The notes beneath the pieces were generated by a model. That model had not been told where the DNA came from, ran no database searches, and saw only the letters and a program-made list of their open reading frames with translations. This document shows, piece after piece, positions 9,468-18,115 of a stretch of 45,975 nucleotides of DNA. The stretch lies in the IMG/VR virus record IMGVR_UViG_3300029305_000912; one strand, written 5' to 3'. The translations under genes and the position numbers were made by a program. Source of the DNA: a virus. Every line of letters starts with the position of its first letter. Within the stretch, counting starts at the first letter, position 1.

Positions 9468-9647
9468 TTATTTCTTGATCTTACTTGCCTGTTCTTTTTC
9501 CGCTTCAATCTTTAGATCAATAGCGGCAATGATAAAGGCTTTTTCTTCCTGATCAAGATCCAAAAACTGTGAAGGCAAAATCCGTAGTTTGTGCAGAGCA
9601 TAGTAAGCATAATTTGCTTGACTATCCCCTGCACGAATCAGTTTTTT
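9468..9647 (-). CDS. -1 frame extension of the tail assembly chaperone. It has no ATG or GTG, and its only in-frame TTG codons are internal with no RBS, so it is read by programmed -1 frameshifting at A_AAA_AAC.
   Basis: The minus-strand sequence is GAT GAA GCA AAA AAC TGA. Slipping -1 on A AAA AAC (9641-9647) opens a 58-codon frame, KLIRAGDSQANYAYYALHKLRILPSQFLDLDQEEKAFIIAAIDLKIEAEKEQASKIKK, ending at the TAA at 9468-9470. That is 20 nt before the tape-measure ATG. Confidence 0.7.
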   Translation of the reverse strand, partial: KKLIRAGDSQANYAYYALHKLRILPSQFLDLDQEEKAFIIAAIDLKIEAEKEQASKIKK

Positions 9648-10075
9648 GCTTCATCCACCTGTTCCTGAAGGGTTTGGAATCCACTGATATTCTGTACGAA
9701 TACCATCAGATCCGTGTATTCCGCAGGATCATCCACCATTTCCTTGATCAGGTCTTCCGCGGACATAACACCATAGGAATTCTGAAGGTCAGCGTTGTTC
9801 AGATCAGGGAAAACCACCGCGGCACAAATCAATTTTGCCTGATATTTGTTCATATCCACCTTGGGACGGAACATATTGGGTTTACCTTTCACAGGAACTT
9901 CCATAGTGCAGGATTCACGAATTGCTTCATTTTCCTTTGTTGTCAGCGGCTTGATTTCCCACATCAGCGGTTCACCGTTTTCATCTGTCAGGGACTTGGT
10001 TACAGGGTGCATCACATTCTTCTTCTGAATCTTGTTCTGTTTCATGAACTTTGCGAAATTCGACATATTGCCCAT
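9638..10075 (-). CDS. XkdN-like tail assembly chaperone (zero-frame product)
   Basis: 145 aa starting MGNMSNFAKFMKQNKIQKKN...PLTTKENEAIRESC. It lies between the tail tube and tape measure genes and ends in a slippery heptamer. Confidence 0.75.
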   Translation of the reverse strand: MGNMSNFAKFMKQNKIQKKNVMHPVTKSLTDENGEPLMWEIKPLTTKENEAIRESCTMEVPVKGKPNMFRPKVDMNKYQAKLICAAVVFPDLNNADLQNSYGVMSAEDLIKEMVDDPAEYTDLMVFVQNISGFQTLQEQVDEAKN

Positions 10076-10120
10076 CCTTTCAAATTACAAAATATAGTTT
10101 GAATATTTTTATGAGATAAT

Positions 10121-10160
10121 GAAAAAATCCCCCACCATCTTTTGGATGGTAGGGGATTTT
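10121..10160 (-). terminator. Intrinsic terminator/attenuator between the tail tube and chaperone genes
   Basis: The stem pairs aaaatcccccaccatc with gatggtaggggatttt (10124-10160). On the minus strand it is followed by TTTTTT (complement of 10122-10127). Confidence 0.65.
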
Positions 10161-10175
10161 ACGTTTACGTTTACA

Positions 10176-10646
10176 TTACATATAAGAAGGATTTGCGTAC
10201 TTTTCAGGACGGGTGAAGTCCTGTGCATAACCTTCAATTTCCTGTTCTACAAAATCACCGTCTGCATCGAACATGGAAAGAAGAACGTCACCGTCAAGAA
10301 TACAATCATTGTAAATCTTCGTGGATCTGCCAACAGAAGTAGCAGGATCTTCAGAAGTAACCTGAATGTCCATAGTGGGCATCAGACCAGTATTCTTGTA
10401 TGCTTCCACAACTTCATCAAAGATTTCAGTGCAGTGATATACTGTCATAGAAAACTTGATAGTTGCACCAACGGGTTTTACACCCTTAACAGTTCTACCA
10501 AGTGTAGGAACTTCCTTGGTTTCCACATTCATCTTTGCTTCAAATTCCTTTGCCATCAGCATTGCATATCTGCGATCACCGATGGTAACGAAGCAAGTTG
10601 CAAGTTTTGCAGAAGGGGCATCGTTAAAAGGCATATAATTAGACAT
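10176..10646 (-). CDS. Tail tube protein (XkdM-like)
   Basis: 156 aa, directly downstream of the sheath gene. Size and order are those of xkdM. Confidence 0.8.
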   Translation of the reverse strand: MSNYMPFNDAPSAKLATCFVTIGDRRYAMLMAKEFEAKMNVETKEVPTLGRTVKGVKPVGATIKFSMTVYHCTEIFDEVVEAYKNTGLMPTMDIQVTSEDPATSVGRSTKIYNDCILDGDVLLSMFDADGDFVEQEIEGYAQDFTRPEKYANPSYM

Positions 10647-10665
10647 TTAAATCTTCCCCCTTTCT

Positions 10666-11973
10666 TTACTGAACAGTAACAGTCATGTACAGTTTTGCCA
10701 TACCAACGATAATGTTGACAGCATCACCGACAACAACACTGTTCTTTGCGTCACCCTGATTTACAGTGACATCATCAGGTTCGAATTCCTGAATTGCACG
10801 GATGTCCTGAAGAAGGGTGTGGTGCTTTACAATGTCATTCCACAGACTGATTCGACCTGCCGCATCATTGGGAACCTTACCAAGATACTTGGTGTTGAAC
10901 AGAACTGCAATGTCATTTGCAATCTGATCCATAACACGAACGCACTGGTTTTCACCAAAGATTTCAACAGACTTGTCTTCCGTACCAGATACAAAACTAT
11001 TGATATCTGCAAGGACACGAACTTCACCGTTGACATTGTGGAACATGAACTTGCCACTGGTCATTGCATCTTCCAGTTCAGACTGCTTGTGATCCACATC
11101 AACAGTGAATTCACCGTTATACTTCTGATTCAGAAGGGTCTTGTTGACGGGGCAACCTGCTTCCGCACCAGTTACCCAATAAACAAGATCTGCCTTGGAA
11201 GCAGAACCAACTGCATCACTGCAAACGTTGATAACGCCTTCATAATCAGATTCCTTGTCATGCAGAACACACTGGAACTTTGCACCAACGTCATCACGCA
11301 TACGCTTTACAAATGCGGCATACAGATTCTTGGTGGTATCGTCCGTAATGACAACGCCCATGGTGTTGTAACAATACGCTTCAATCTTATCCAGATAGGT
11401 CTGATGGGAAGTACCGTCCACGTTGCCATTGGTACCGCCAGTAAGCGCGGCACCTGCTGTTGCAGACAGTTCTGCACCAGTCTTCCAGTCAACGAAATCA
11501 TTTTCCTTCAGGTTTGCCGCAGATACAACTGCAATCTGTTCGTCAACAAGAGTTGCACCCATGTAAAGACGAACGTCATACTTTGCAGGTTCGTCCACAT
11601 TGACGGTGATCGTTACCTTCATGTCATTACCACGAATACCTGCATACTTTGCCGTACAATAGGTGTTTTCTGCCTTTACGCCACCAGAAGTCAGCTTGTA
11701 TGCATACAGGGTCTTAATATTCATGAACAAGTCACGAAGACCTTTCATCTTTTCATGGGTGAAAGGATAACCGAAGATCTTCATGCTGTTCTTCTGGAAG
11801 TCAGCAGGTGTGACTTCAAAAATAGCGTTGTCAACACCCCAATCAAGTTCAAGGGGCATCGTTGCAACACCACGGTCAGCAAGGTTTGCACTTGCCTTGC
11901 TAACAGAAACAAAGTTGATATAAGCACCATTCAGAATCTTATTCTGAACAGTGAAAGTGCCGCCACCAAGCAT
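10666..11973 (-). CDS. Contractile tail sheath protein (XkdK-like)
   Basis: 435 aa starting MLGGGTFTVQNKILNGAYINFVS, which is typical of phage tail sheath proteins. The tube gene follows. Confidence 0.85.
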   Translation of the reverse strand: MLGGGTFTVQNKILNGAYINFVSVSKASANLADRGVATMPLELDWGVDNAIFEVTPADFQKNSMKIFGYPFTHEKMKGLRDLFMNIKTLYAYKLTSGGVKAENTYCTAKYAGIRGNDMKVTITVNVDEPAKYDVRLYMGATLVDEQIAVVSAANLKENDFVDWKTGAELSATAGAALTGGTNGNVDGTSHQTYLDKIEAYCYNTMGVVITDDTTKNLYAAFVKRMRDDVGAKFQCVLHDKESDYEGVINVCSDAVGSASKADLVYWVTGAEAGCPVNKTLLNQKYNGEFTVDVDHKQSELEDAMTSGKFMFHNVNGEVRVLADINSFVSGTEDKSVEIFGENQCVRVMDQIANDIAVLFNTKYLGKVPNDAAGRISLWNDIVKHHTLLQDIRAIQEFEPDDVTVNQGDAKNSVVVGDAVNIIVGMAKLYMTVTVQ

Positions 11974-12165
11974 TTATTTCACCTTTCCTTTCATATATTC
12001 CGTGATCATGACTTCAACTTCTGAAACGGTATATTCCAAACCATCTTTCAGCAGTGCAGACACAATATCACGTTCATTACGGAACCGCTTAGAATTCATC
12101 AAAGCATCCTTTGTGAACTTGGGTTCCGTTGCCGCAGAAGCGGCAGTGTTCTTTTTTGTTGCCAT
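11974..12165 (-). CDS. Small hypothetical protein preceding the sheath gene
   Basis: 63 aa. Its stop abuts the sheath start codon and the coding context is coherent. Confidence 0.5.
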   Translation of the reverse strand: MATKKNTAASAATEPKFTKDALMNSKRFRNERDIVSALLKDGLEYTVSEVEVMITEYMKGKVK

Positions 12166-12170
12166 ATGTT

Positions 12171-12611
12171 TTATCCTTTCGCTTCTACCATAACAATATC
12201 AAGGTCTTCCATATTGGGTGTTTCTTCAGGATCCTTCAGAACAAAACCGTCATAGTTGACCGTGAATGTTAAAATATCATCTGTGATTTCACCGTGAAGT
12301 TCCGTTCCGTGGATCGGTTTATCAAACACAATCACATCTTCCAAGCATTCATACAATCGTTCCAATACAAAAATACATTCTTCAACGATTTCTTCTGTGG
12401 AAGGGATATACTGAATACTGAATTGATTGGTACGTTTATAGCACCGACCAAGAAAAACATTCTTTGTGGGATTCAAACAACGGATCATAAAACAAGGTTC
12501 CTGCAAACCCTGTTCCACCTTTTCCGTGTAAATCTCATAACCAGAACCGAATTCCTGAAACAGTGCTTCAGCAATCGCATCAATTAAATTTTGAATTGTC
12601 ATTTGAAACAC
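12171..12611 (-). CDS. Putative tail completion / tail terminator protein (XkdJ/YqbJ position)
   Basis: 146 aa. The call rests on position, between the HK97 gp10-like protein and the sheath module. Confidence 0.4.
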   Translation of the reverse strand: MFQMTIQNLIDAIAEALFQEFGSGYEIYTEKVEQGLQEPCFMIRCLNPTKNVFLGRCYKRTNQFSIQYIPSTEEIVEECIFVLERLYECLEDVIVFDKPIHGTELHGEITDDILTFTVNYDGFVLKDPEETPNMEDLDIVMVEAKG

Positions 12612-13186
12612 TCCTTCAAATAATTTTCCAGTTTCTTTTCCAAGATCCTTGGTGCAGATTTTCTGATTTCTTCTTCCGAAATCGTCAGCATAAACTTACC
12701 TTCCACCCATCCTTTGTGGTTTCTGGTTCTGTGTCCGAATTCGACATAAGACGCATATTCCACAGGATTGATGATTTCAATGACATAATCAGTTCCAACC
12801 TTGTCCACGGTCATGGAATTGGCGTATGTTGTTGCATTGGAATTCTTACCACCTGTCCAACCACGTCTTAAAGTACCACCTTGTTTTACAGTGTGACGGA
12901 CTTTTTTAGTTCGTCCAGTGTCATAACGGTGTCTTTTACCTGCTTTGTCATCAGTGCCACTTTCTTGCCAATAATCATATACCTTTTTTGTTTCATAGGT
13001 ATATGTCCCTTCACCAACGGGTGTACGTTTGATGACCTTTGCAAGCAGTCTTGCGGCAAGTTCTTTTGCACAGGAATTGAAGAACTGATCCATCTGTTTG
13101 GGATCACCCAACAACATGATTCGTTCTTGCAGTTTCTCTAATTCTTTATAATCCAAGCGGACATTTGACTTTGCCATTACGCCCAC
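12599..13186 (-). CDS. HK97 gp10-family head-tail joining protein (XkdI-like)
   Basis: 195 aa with ...VIKRTPVGEG...GGTLRRGW...PVEYASYVEFGH..., which resembles the gp10 family signature. Confidence 0.65.
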   Translation of the reverse strand: MGVMAKSNVRLDYKELEKLQERIMLLGDPKQMDQFFNSCAKELAARLLAKVIKRTPVGEGTYTYETKKVYDYWQESGTDDKAGKRHRYDTGRTKKVRHTVKQGGTLRRGWTGGKNSNATTYANSMTVDKVGTDYVIEIINPVEYASYVEFGHRTRNHKGWVEGKFMLTISEEEIRKSAPRILEKKLENYLKECFK

Positions 13187-13548
13187 CCCTTGAACAATTC
13201 CAGAAGAATTTCCGTGTGTGTCTGATACACAGCAGGTGTTCCACTTCGTTTATATGCAGTTGTAACACCATTCTGTGTAACAGTGATTTTGGAACCTTCC
13301 TTCACTGTGATTTCAGGGGCAAAAAACAACTTGACCGTCTGATTGACTTCCGCAACGTCACCATCAGAAGTTGACGGACTGGATGAAAAAGACAGTCTGC
13401 AAGGTTGATCCACCAAAACTTCTACGTCAGAAAATCCTGTGGTTTTGTTCGGTTTTGTGACCTTCTTATGTTCCGTCACAGTAAAAGTTCCAATGTATCC
13501 TTGTTCCAAGGCACGTCTGACTTTTACCACCGCATTCTTCGATAACAC
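13177..13548 (-). CDS. Putative head closure / head-tail adaptor protein (XkdH/YqbH position)
   Basis: 123 aa with overlapping coupling on both sides. Call based on position. Confidence 0.45.
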   Translation of the reverse strand: MLSKNAVVKVRRALEQGYIGTFTVTEHKKVTKPNKTTGFSDVEVLVDQPCRLSFSSSPSTSDGDVAEVNQTVKLFFAPEITVKEGSKITVTQNGVTTAYKRSGTPAVYQTHTEILLELFKGWA

Positions 13549-13973
13549 AGCAAGTCACACCCCTTTCCTTGAATCAACCAAGAAAGAAGTCCTTTCATTT
13601 TTGCTTCATCGGATCCTTCTGCGCTGAAAGAAACAGTGGTGTCCCCTTCCTTCACAGATTGAATCATTCCATCCAAATCCAGATTGGTCATGTCCAATTG
13701 ACCAGACATGAATTTTGCATTCAGCACTTCACCACAAACCATGTCAACAACCACTTCAAACAGACCGTCAGGAACAGTCTGATGATTGATTTCGTTCAGA
13801 ACATGGTTTACAGTGCCTTTTGTGGTGTATGCAATCACCCAAGCATCTTCGTCAGTCGGATCATAACCAAAAGACACCAACCTGTTTACCACAGCTTCCG
13901 TGAAGGTGGTCAGGTTGGTGTCTTGTAGGATCTTGTTTACGGAATCAATGACGGTCTGAAGATTTTCATTCAT
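13524..13973 (-). CDS. Putative head-tail connector (gp6/YqbG-like)
   Basis: 149 aa. It is the first gene after the major capsid protein. Confidence 0.45.
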   Translation of the reverse strand: MNENLQTVIDSVNKILQDTNLTTFTEAVVNRLVSFGYDPTDEDAWVIAYTTKGTVNHVLNEINHQTVPDGLFEVVVDMVCGEVLNAKFMSGQLDMTNLDLDGMIQSVKEGDTTVSFSAEGSDEAKMKGLLSWLIQGKGCDLLCYRRMRW

Positions 13974-13992
13974 TCAGACCACCCCGTTTCAA

Positions 13993-15033
13993 TTAACCCT
14001 TGGAAACAATCTTTGCAATTGCAATTGCCTTGTGGGGAATTGCAGTGGTACCATCGTTGATGACGTTCCAGTTTGCACCGTTTTCAAGGTCACTGTTTGC
14101 GGCAGAAGCAGTAACGGAAGAAGGCTTTTCAAAGGAAATACCGTCGACACCGCAAATGTAACGGTCACGTACATACAGGGTATCCTGACCGCCGTTGGTC
14201 TTAGCATCACGGGACATCTCATAAGGAACTGCGTCACCGATATCATCAAGGATGATAGAACCTTCACCAAGGACATAAGTGGTGTATGCACCATCTTCAA
14301 CAGGCATACCATCATCAATCAGCACCAGTCTGCCGTTCCAAGAAGCAAGTGCAAGGTCACGGGTAATACCGTCAGCGTCAGTGTAAGTCAGATACTTCAT
14401 AAGTTTCATGTTTTCAAGGTTCGTTGCAACAACACTGTGCATGATAGCCATCTTGAAAGTTGCCTTGTTATCACCACACGCCTTCTGCATAGCAGAATTC
14501 AGAGTTGCGGCACCAACCATACCTTCACCATCAGCAGTGATGTCAAACACGTGATTGTCAAGGAAGTCCTTTGCGGCATTTGCGGCAACGGTACCTGCGG
14601 CAGTATCCATGGAGAAAACGCCCTTCAGGATAGCAAGAAGCATTGCTTGCTTCACTTCCATCTTGTAGTCTGCAATCTGTGCCGCAACATTATCCATGAA
14701 GTCAACACCTGCGGTAATGTTCTTGGAAAAACTCTTTTCAGTCCAACCGTCCATACGGGAAGCAACTACGAAACCCTGTTCGTAAGTAGTGGTGCTGGTA
14801 GACTGAATATCAGTTGCACCGTCATTGTTCTGGGAAGTGCCACCAGAAATACGTCCATAGTAAGGAACACGTGCGTACAGGGAACCAGTCTGGTTTGCCA
14901 GTGCATCATGTGCGTTTTCATTTACACCAATTGCACGGGACTTTGCAAGTTCGGTACGGGTTACATTGGGGATTCGCTTTACATAGGCACCAAATGCCTG
15001 TGCATTAAAGGACTTAGAATCAAACTTTGCCAT
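13993..15033 (-). CDS. Major capsid protein
   Basis: 346 aa, directly downstream of the scaffold gene, with a strong RBS. Size and composition are typical of capsid proteins in this phage type. Confidence 0.8.
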   Translation of the reverse strand: MAKFDSKSFNAQAFGAYVKRIPNVTRTELAKSRAIGVNENAHDALANQTGSLYARVPYYGRISGGTSQNNDGATDIQSTSTTTYEQGFVVASRMDGWTEKSFSKNITAGVDFMDNVAAQIADYKMEVKQAMLLAILKGVFSMDTAAGTVAANAAKDFLDNHVFDITADGEGMVGAATLNSAMQKACGDNKATFKMAIMHSVVATNLENMKLMKYLTYTDADGITRDLALASWNGRLVLIDDGMPVEDGAYTTYVLGEGSIILDDIGDAVPYEMSRDAKTNGGQDTLYVRDRYICGVDGISFEKPSSVTASAANSDLENGANWNVINDGTTAIPHKAIAIAKIVSKG

Positions 15034-15059
15034 AATAATTCACCTTTCTTTTTCAAAAA

Positions 15060-15650
15060 TTAAATTTGTGCGTCAGGGTGTTCTGCCATGTATGCGGCAA
15101 GTTCAGAATAGGTCATTTTGGATGTATCAACACCCTTGTCACCATCATCATTGCCACTGTCACCAGTCTTTGCACCCTTCATGGTAGAAGAACCAAACAG
15201 ATAACTGTCAGACTTGACAACTGCTTCAAACTGCTTTACACGTTCTGCACGATATGCATCAATGTCAAGTTTTTCATCAAGCGCATCGAGCATAGCAAGA
15301 ACCGCCTTATTGTTTTTTGCTTTGTTCGCAATGCAAAGTTCATTGTCAATATTCGCCCTTTGCATCTTTACAATTTCCGCGGCATGGGTCTTTTCAGATT
15401 CCTTTGCGGCAGTTTCCAGTTCTGCAATCTTGTCCTTCAAGGACTGGACATCACCAGTTTCCTTCTGTAATGCACCAAGTTGTTTCAGGACATCCGCATG
15501 ATCCTTTTTGGCGTTGTCACGTTCTGCAATGACTTCATCAAGACGGGTTTTCGGAATCATACCCTTCAGTTCTTCGGCAGACTGTTCTGCAATTTTCGTT
15601 GCAAGGTCTTCTGTCATACCTTCCAGTTTCATAAGGTCTTCTTTTTTCAT
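15060..15650 (-). CDS. Scaffolding protein (phage GP20-like)
   Basis: An acidic coiled-coil protein, MKKEDLMKLEGMTEDLATKIAEQSAEELKGMIPKTRLDEVIAERD.... The ATG at 15650 is preceded by GAAAGGAAAG. The track start at 15668 is a TTG without an RBS. Confidence 0.75.
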   Translation of the reverse strand: MKKEDLMKLEGMTEDLATKIAEQSAEELKGMIPKTRLDEVIAERDNAKKDHADVLKQLGALQKETGDVQSLKDKIAELETAAKESEKTHAAEIVKMQRANIDNELCIANKAKNNKAVLAMLDALDEKLDIDAYRAERVKQFEAVVKSDSYLFGSSTMKGAKTGDSGNDDGDKGVDTSKMTYSELAAYMAEHPDAQI

Positions 15651-15742
15651 TTGGATCTTTCCTTTCAATCACATTTGTTGTCCCTGTTCAGTCAGGTATT
15701 GTTGTCTTTCAAGTTATCGTCATGAAATACCAAAGTGACGAA

Positions 15743-15816
15743 TGGTTGACACAACTGGATTTGAACCAATACCAACACATTCAAAGTGTGTTGTGCTTCC
15801 GTTACACTATGCGTCA
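15743..15816 (-). tRNA. tRNA-Gln (anticodon UUG), 74 nt with an encoded CCA
   Basis: Manual cloverleaf on the minus strand:
- acceptor TGACGCA / TGTGTCA (one G-T pair);
- D arm GTGT-AACGGAA-GCAC;
- anticodon arm ACACA-CTTTGAA-TGTGT (U33, anticodon TTG, A37);
- variable loop TGGT;
- T arm ATTGG-TTCAAAT-CCAGT;
- discriminator A, then CCA. Confidence 0.85.
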
Positions 15817-15818
15817 AT

Positions 15819-15860
15819 ATAAAAACACCCTAACCGATTATGGTTAGGGTGTTTTGTTTT
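15819..15860. terminator. Bidirectional intrinsic terminator between the MuF-module genes and the tRNA
   Basis: The stem pairs aacaccctaacc with ggttagggtgtt (15824-15853). T-runs follow on both strands (ttttgttttt on plus; tttttat on minus). Confidence 0.7.
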
Positions 15861-16078
15861 TAAATGTCCCAATGTGTTTCGTCATTAGGTTTTTGTTCTA
15901 AAATATCATAATACTTGGGAATTTCAGAAGGTGTTTTCCCTTCTTTCAGCGCAGTCAGAACTTCAATCTTTTCATCAAGCAGTTCTTCACTATCCATGTC
16001 AAAGAATGCGTGAACCATGGGATCCCTGACATCTAACATTAAACCGCGCACCTTGATCCACTTTTCTTCTTTTGTCAC
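15860..16078 (-). CDS. Small acidic hypothetical protein immediately downstream of MuF (candidate partner/immunity protein of the MuF C-terminal domain)
   Basis: 72 aa. Its start lies 1 nt after the MuF stop. I recognise no motif. Confidence 0.4.
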   Translation of the reverse strand: MTKEEKWIKVRGLMLDVRDPMVHAFFDMDSEELLDEKIEVLTALKEGKTPSEIPKYYDILEQKPNDETHWDI

Positions 16079-16079
16079 A

Positions 16080-18092
16080 TTAACCGCCCACCTTTTTTAA
16101 CATTCCTTCAACCGTCTTGTCCATCATATCAACTAAATCAGGATAATCTTCACGTAGAAGATCAATCAGTTCAGGTCTTGTGATTTTCAATGCGCCGTAG
16201 TTTGCAAGTGTTTCACTACACCTTTGTTTAATAGAACGATAATATGAACCACCGTGGCCGTAAATGACAATACCATCGTCACGGAATTTACCACCAGACA
16301 AAGCGTCATAAATATCTTGGAAGCAATCCACACCACCGCCGCAAACATCTCTTGAACCCCAATTAACTTGATCATCATACAGTGTATCAATTGCCTTGGT
16401 TCGTTTTTTATATTCCTTGAAATCAATTGTACCTGAACGGTAAAGTTCATACACTTCTTTTGACTGTTTATTGTTCATCTGAGCAATTTCATCAAAATAT
16501 TTATTACGTTCAACATTAAAGTCAGAAAACATTTTCTTGACTTTATCCGACATTTTTACATTTTGTGTATCAATGTTTTCAAAGAATTTTATCAGTTCAT
16601 CTTGTTCTTGACTGAACCAACCACTTCCGTTTTTATTCTTTCTTAAATACATATCCATAAGGTGCATTTGTTCATGTAAAGTGGTGTTCACCTGTCCAGT
16701 TGGATTATCCAAAGTCAATTTGGGATAACTGATGTGTGCTTTCGTAAGTTGATCCCTGTAATTATACCAATACGCAACTTCCGAATTCTTGTTGTGTTTT
16801 ACTGCAAATTCAATTCCTTGAGATTCAATGTTTTCCATTTGTCGCATCTTGGAATACAGTTCAACAACAGTAGGATCTGCATCATCACAATTATTAACAA
16901 AATCAATCAACGCTTGTGTGTTTTTTGCTTCAGGATTCGTTTTAATGAAAGAACGGGGAAACATATCAGGTTCCAAGTTGATTGCTTTTCTGATTTCTTC
17001 AACTTCCTTACCTGCATTTACAATATCATCAAATGTCGCAGGTTTCAACCAGTCAGCAGGATCTTTGGTTTTATCAACAAAGTGGTCTTTCCAGTCCTGA
17101 TATTTCATGTTAGCAGGAACATAATATGTTTGACCGTCTGCATCCCTTGCCGCACGTTCACCGTCATCATTGTCTTCAAACCACGGTACAGTGCAGGAAC
17201 GACACCAACAATGGAAAGGTGGTGCAGTCACACCTGCTTGGAAATCCTTCATGTCAAAAACTTTACCGTCCATCTGCTGACAAATATCAGATGTTCGATT
17301 GTCCAACGTTGCTACAATTTCATATTTTTCAACGTCCAGATCATTGAAACAATCTTTCTGCGCAACAGATCCGAAATATGCCGCTTCCGTCATGACCAAG
17401 CGTCCTGCCTGACCTTTAGAAACGTTCATTCTTTTGGAAATTACATTGATTGCTTGGTCTGGTGCCTTACCCAAAATACACATCTGTGTCAATTCCGTAT
17501 GCAAGGAATCAAGCAACTGTGTTTTGGATTTCCAGATTCGATTCGAAAAAGTCTGTTTATCAGTTGTCCACGGTTTTGAAACAATACTGTCAAGTTTGCG
17601 TTGATCGACCTGACCAACATCCCAACCAATTCCTAAACCACGTTGGATTTCATATGCAGTGTGGTAATAGTCATCGGTATAGATCCGTGCCGCCATGGAA
17701 TCAAGCTGATCCAGTTCGTTACCAAAGGCACGTTCAGCGGCATTCTGTGTCCGAATTTTTAACGCTTCCAGTCTGCTGATGTGGAACCGTGCGGAAGCAT
17801 TTTCAAGTTCCTTCATCCATTTCTGATCCAGTGCGTTTTGTCTGCCGTACTTGATATATTCTTCCACATCCCAACGAAATTCTTTCAGTTCCTTGGTGTT
17901 CAGTAACTTCTTTGCTTCCTGAAGACTGATTTCGTTGTTCTTTGCAAACCGCGCATACCAAGCATCAATTTCTTTTTCAATCTGTGCTTGTGCTTTGTCA
18001 AAGGCAGGTGTGACAGACCTGACAGTTTGCATTGCGGTTTTGTTTCGTGCATCTTCAAGCATTTCAAAACGCTTTTGCCAATACTGTGACAA
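16080..18092 (-). CDS. Head morphogenesis protein (SPP1 gp7 / Mu F family) with a ~340-aa C-terminal extension carrying an HExxH motif
   Basis: 670 aa starting MSQYWQKRFEMLEDARNK. The MuF-type core ends near ...PPFHCWCRSCTVPWFE (about aa 305). The extension contains TLHEQMHLMD (HEQMH encoded at 16662-16676) and YGHGGSYY. Confidence 0.8.
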   Translation of the reverse strand: MSQYWQKRFEMLEDARNKTAMQTVRSVTPAFDKAQAQIEKEIDAWYARFAKNNEISLQEAKKLLNTKELKEFRWDVEEYIKYGRQNALDQKWMKELENASARFHISRLEALKIRTQNAAERAFGNELDQLDSMAARIYTDDYYHTAYEIQRGLGIGWDVGQVDQRKLDSIVSKPWTTDKQTFSNRIWKSKTQLLDSLHTELTQMCILGKAPDQAINVISKRMNVSKGQAGRLVMTEAAYFGSVAQKDCFNDLDVEKYEIVATLDNRTSDICQQMDGKVFDMKDFQAGVTAPPFHCWCRSCTVPWFEDNDDGERAARDADGQTYYVPANMKYQDWKDHFVDKTKDPADWLKPATFDDIVNAGKEVEEIRKAINLEPDMFPRSFIKTNPEAKNTQALIDFVNNCDDADPTVVELYSKMRQMENIESQGIEFAVKHNKNSEVAYWYNYRDQLTKAHISYPKLTLDNPTGQVNTTLHEQMHLMDMYLRKNKNGSGWFSQEQDELIKFFENIDTQNVKMSDKVKKMFSDFNVERNKYFDEIAQMNNKQSKEVYELYRSGTIDFKEYKKRTKAIDTLYDDQVNWGSRDVCGGGVDCFQDIYDALSGGKFRDDGIVIYGHGGSYYRSIKQRCSETLANYGALKITRPELIDLLREDYPDLVDMMDKTVEGMLKKVGG

Positions 18093-18115
18093 CCATCACA
18101 CCTTCCTTTCTTCAA

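Noticed and set aside
10819-12024. A very long plus-strand ORF (401 aa) antisense to the tail sheath gene. Similar long antisense ORFs occur at 14032..15063, 16734..17579, 26140..26877, 26890..27678, 34864..35631, 37878..39374, 43510..44403 and 44381..44872.
   Set aside because: Their translations are Cys/His/Phe/Ile-rich and low-complexity. They lack RBSs, and each lies exactly opposite a gene with clear family motifs. These are typical shadow ORFs in the stop-poor antisense frame of A+T-rich coding DNA.
13989-14318. A 109-aa minus-strand ORF in an alternative frame inside the capsid gene. Similar nested same-strand ORFs occur at, for example, 3694..3915, 3938..4174, 8004..8195, 11307..11501 and 16187..16450.
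   Set aside because: Each is fully contained within a longer ORF that has recognisable homology-type features. None has an independent RBS, and the composition is implausible.
15743-15816. The tRNA as a suppressor or a disrupted pseudo-tRNA.
   Set aside because: The anticodon loop CTTTGAA gives a normal UUG anticodon, and all stems pair with only G-T wobbles, so I treat it as an ordinary tRNA-Gln.
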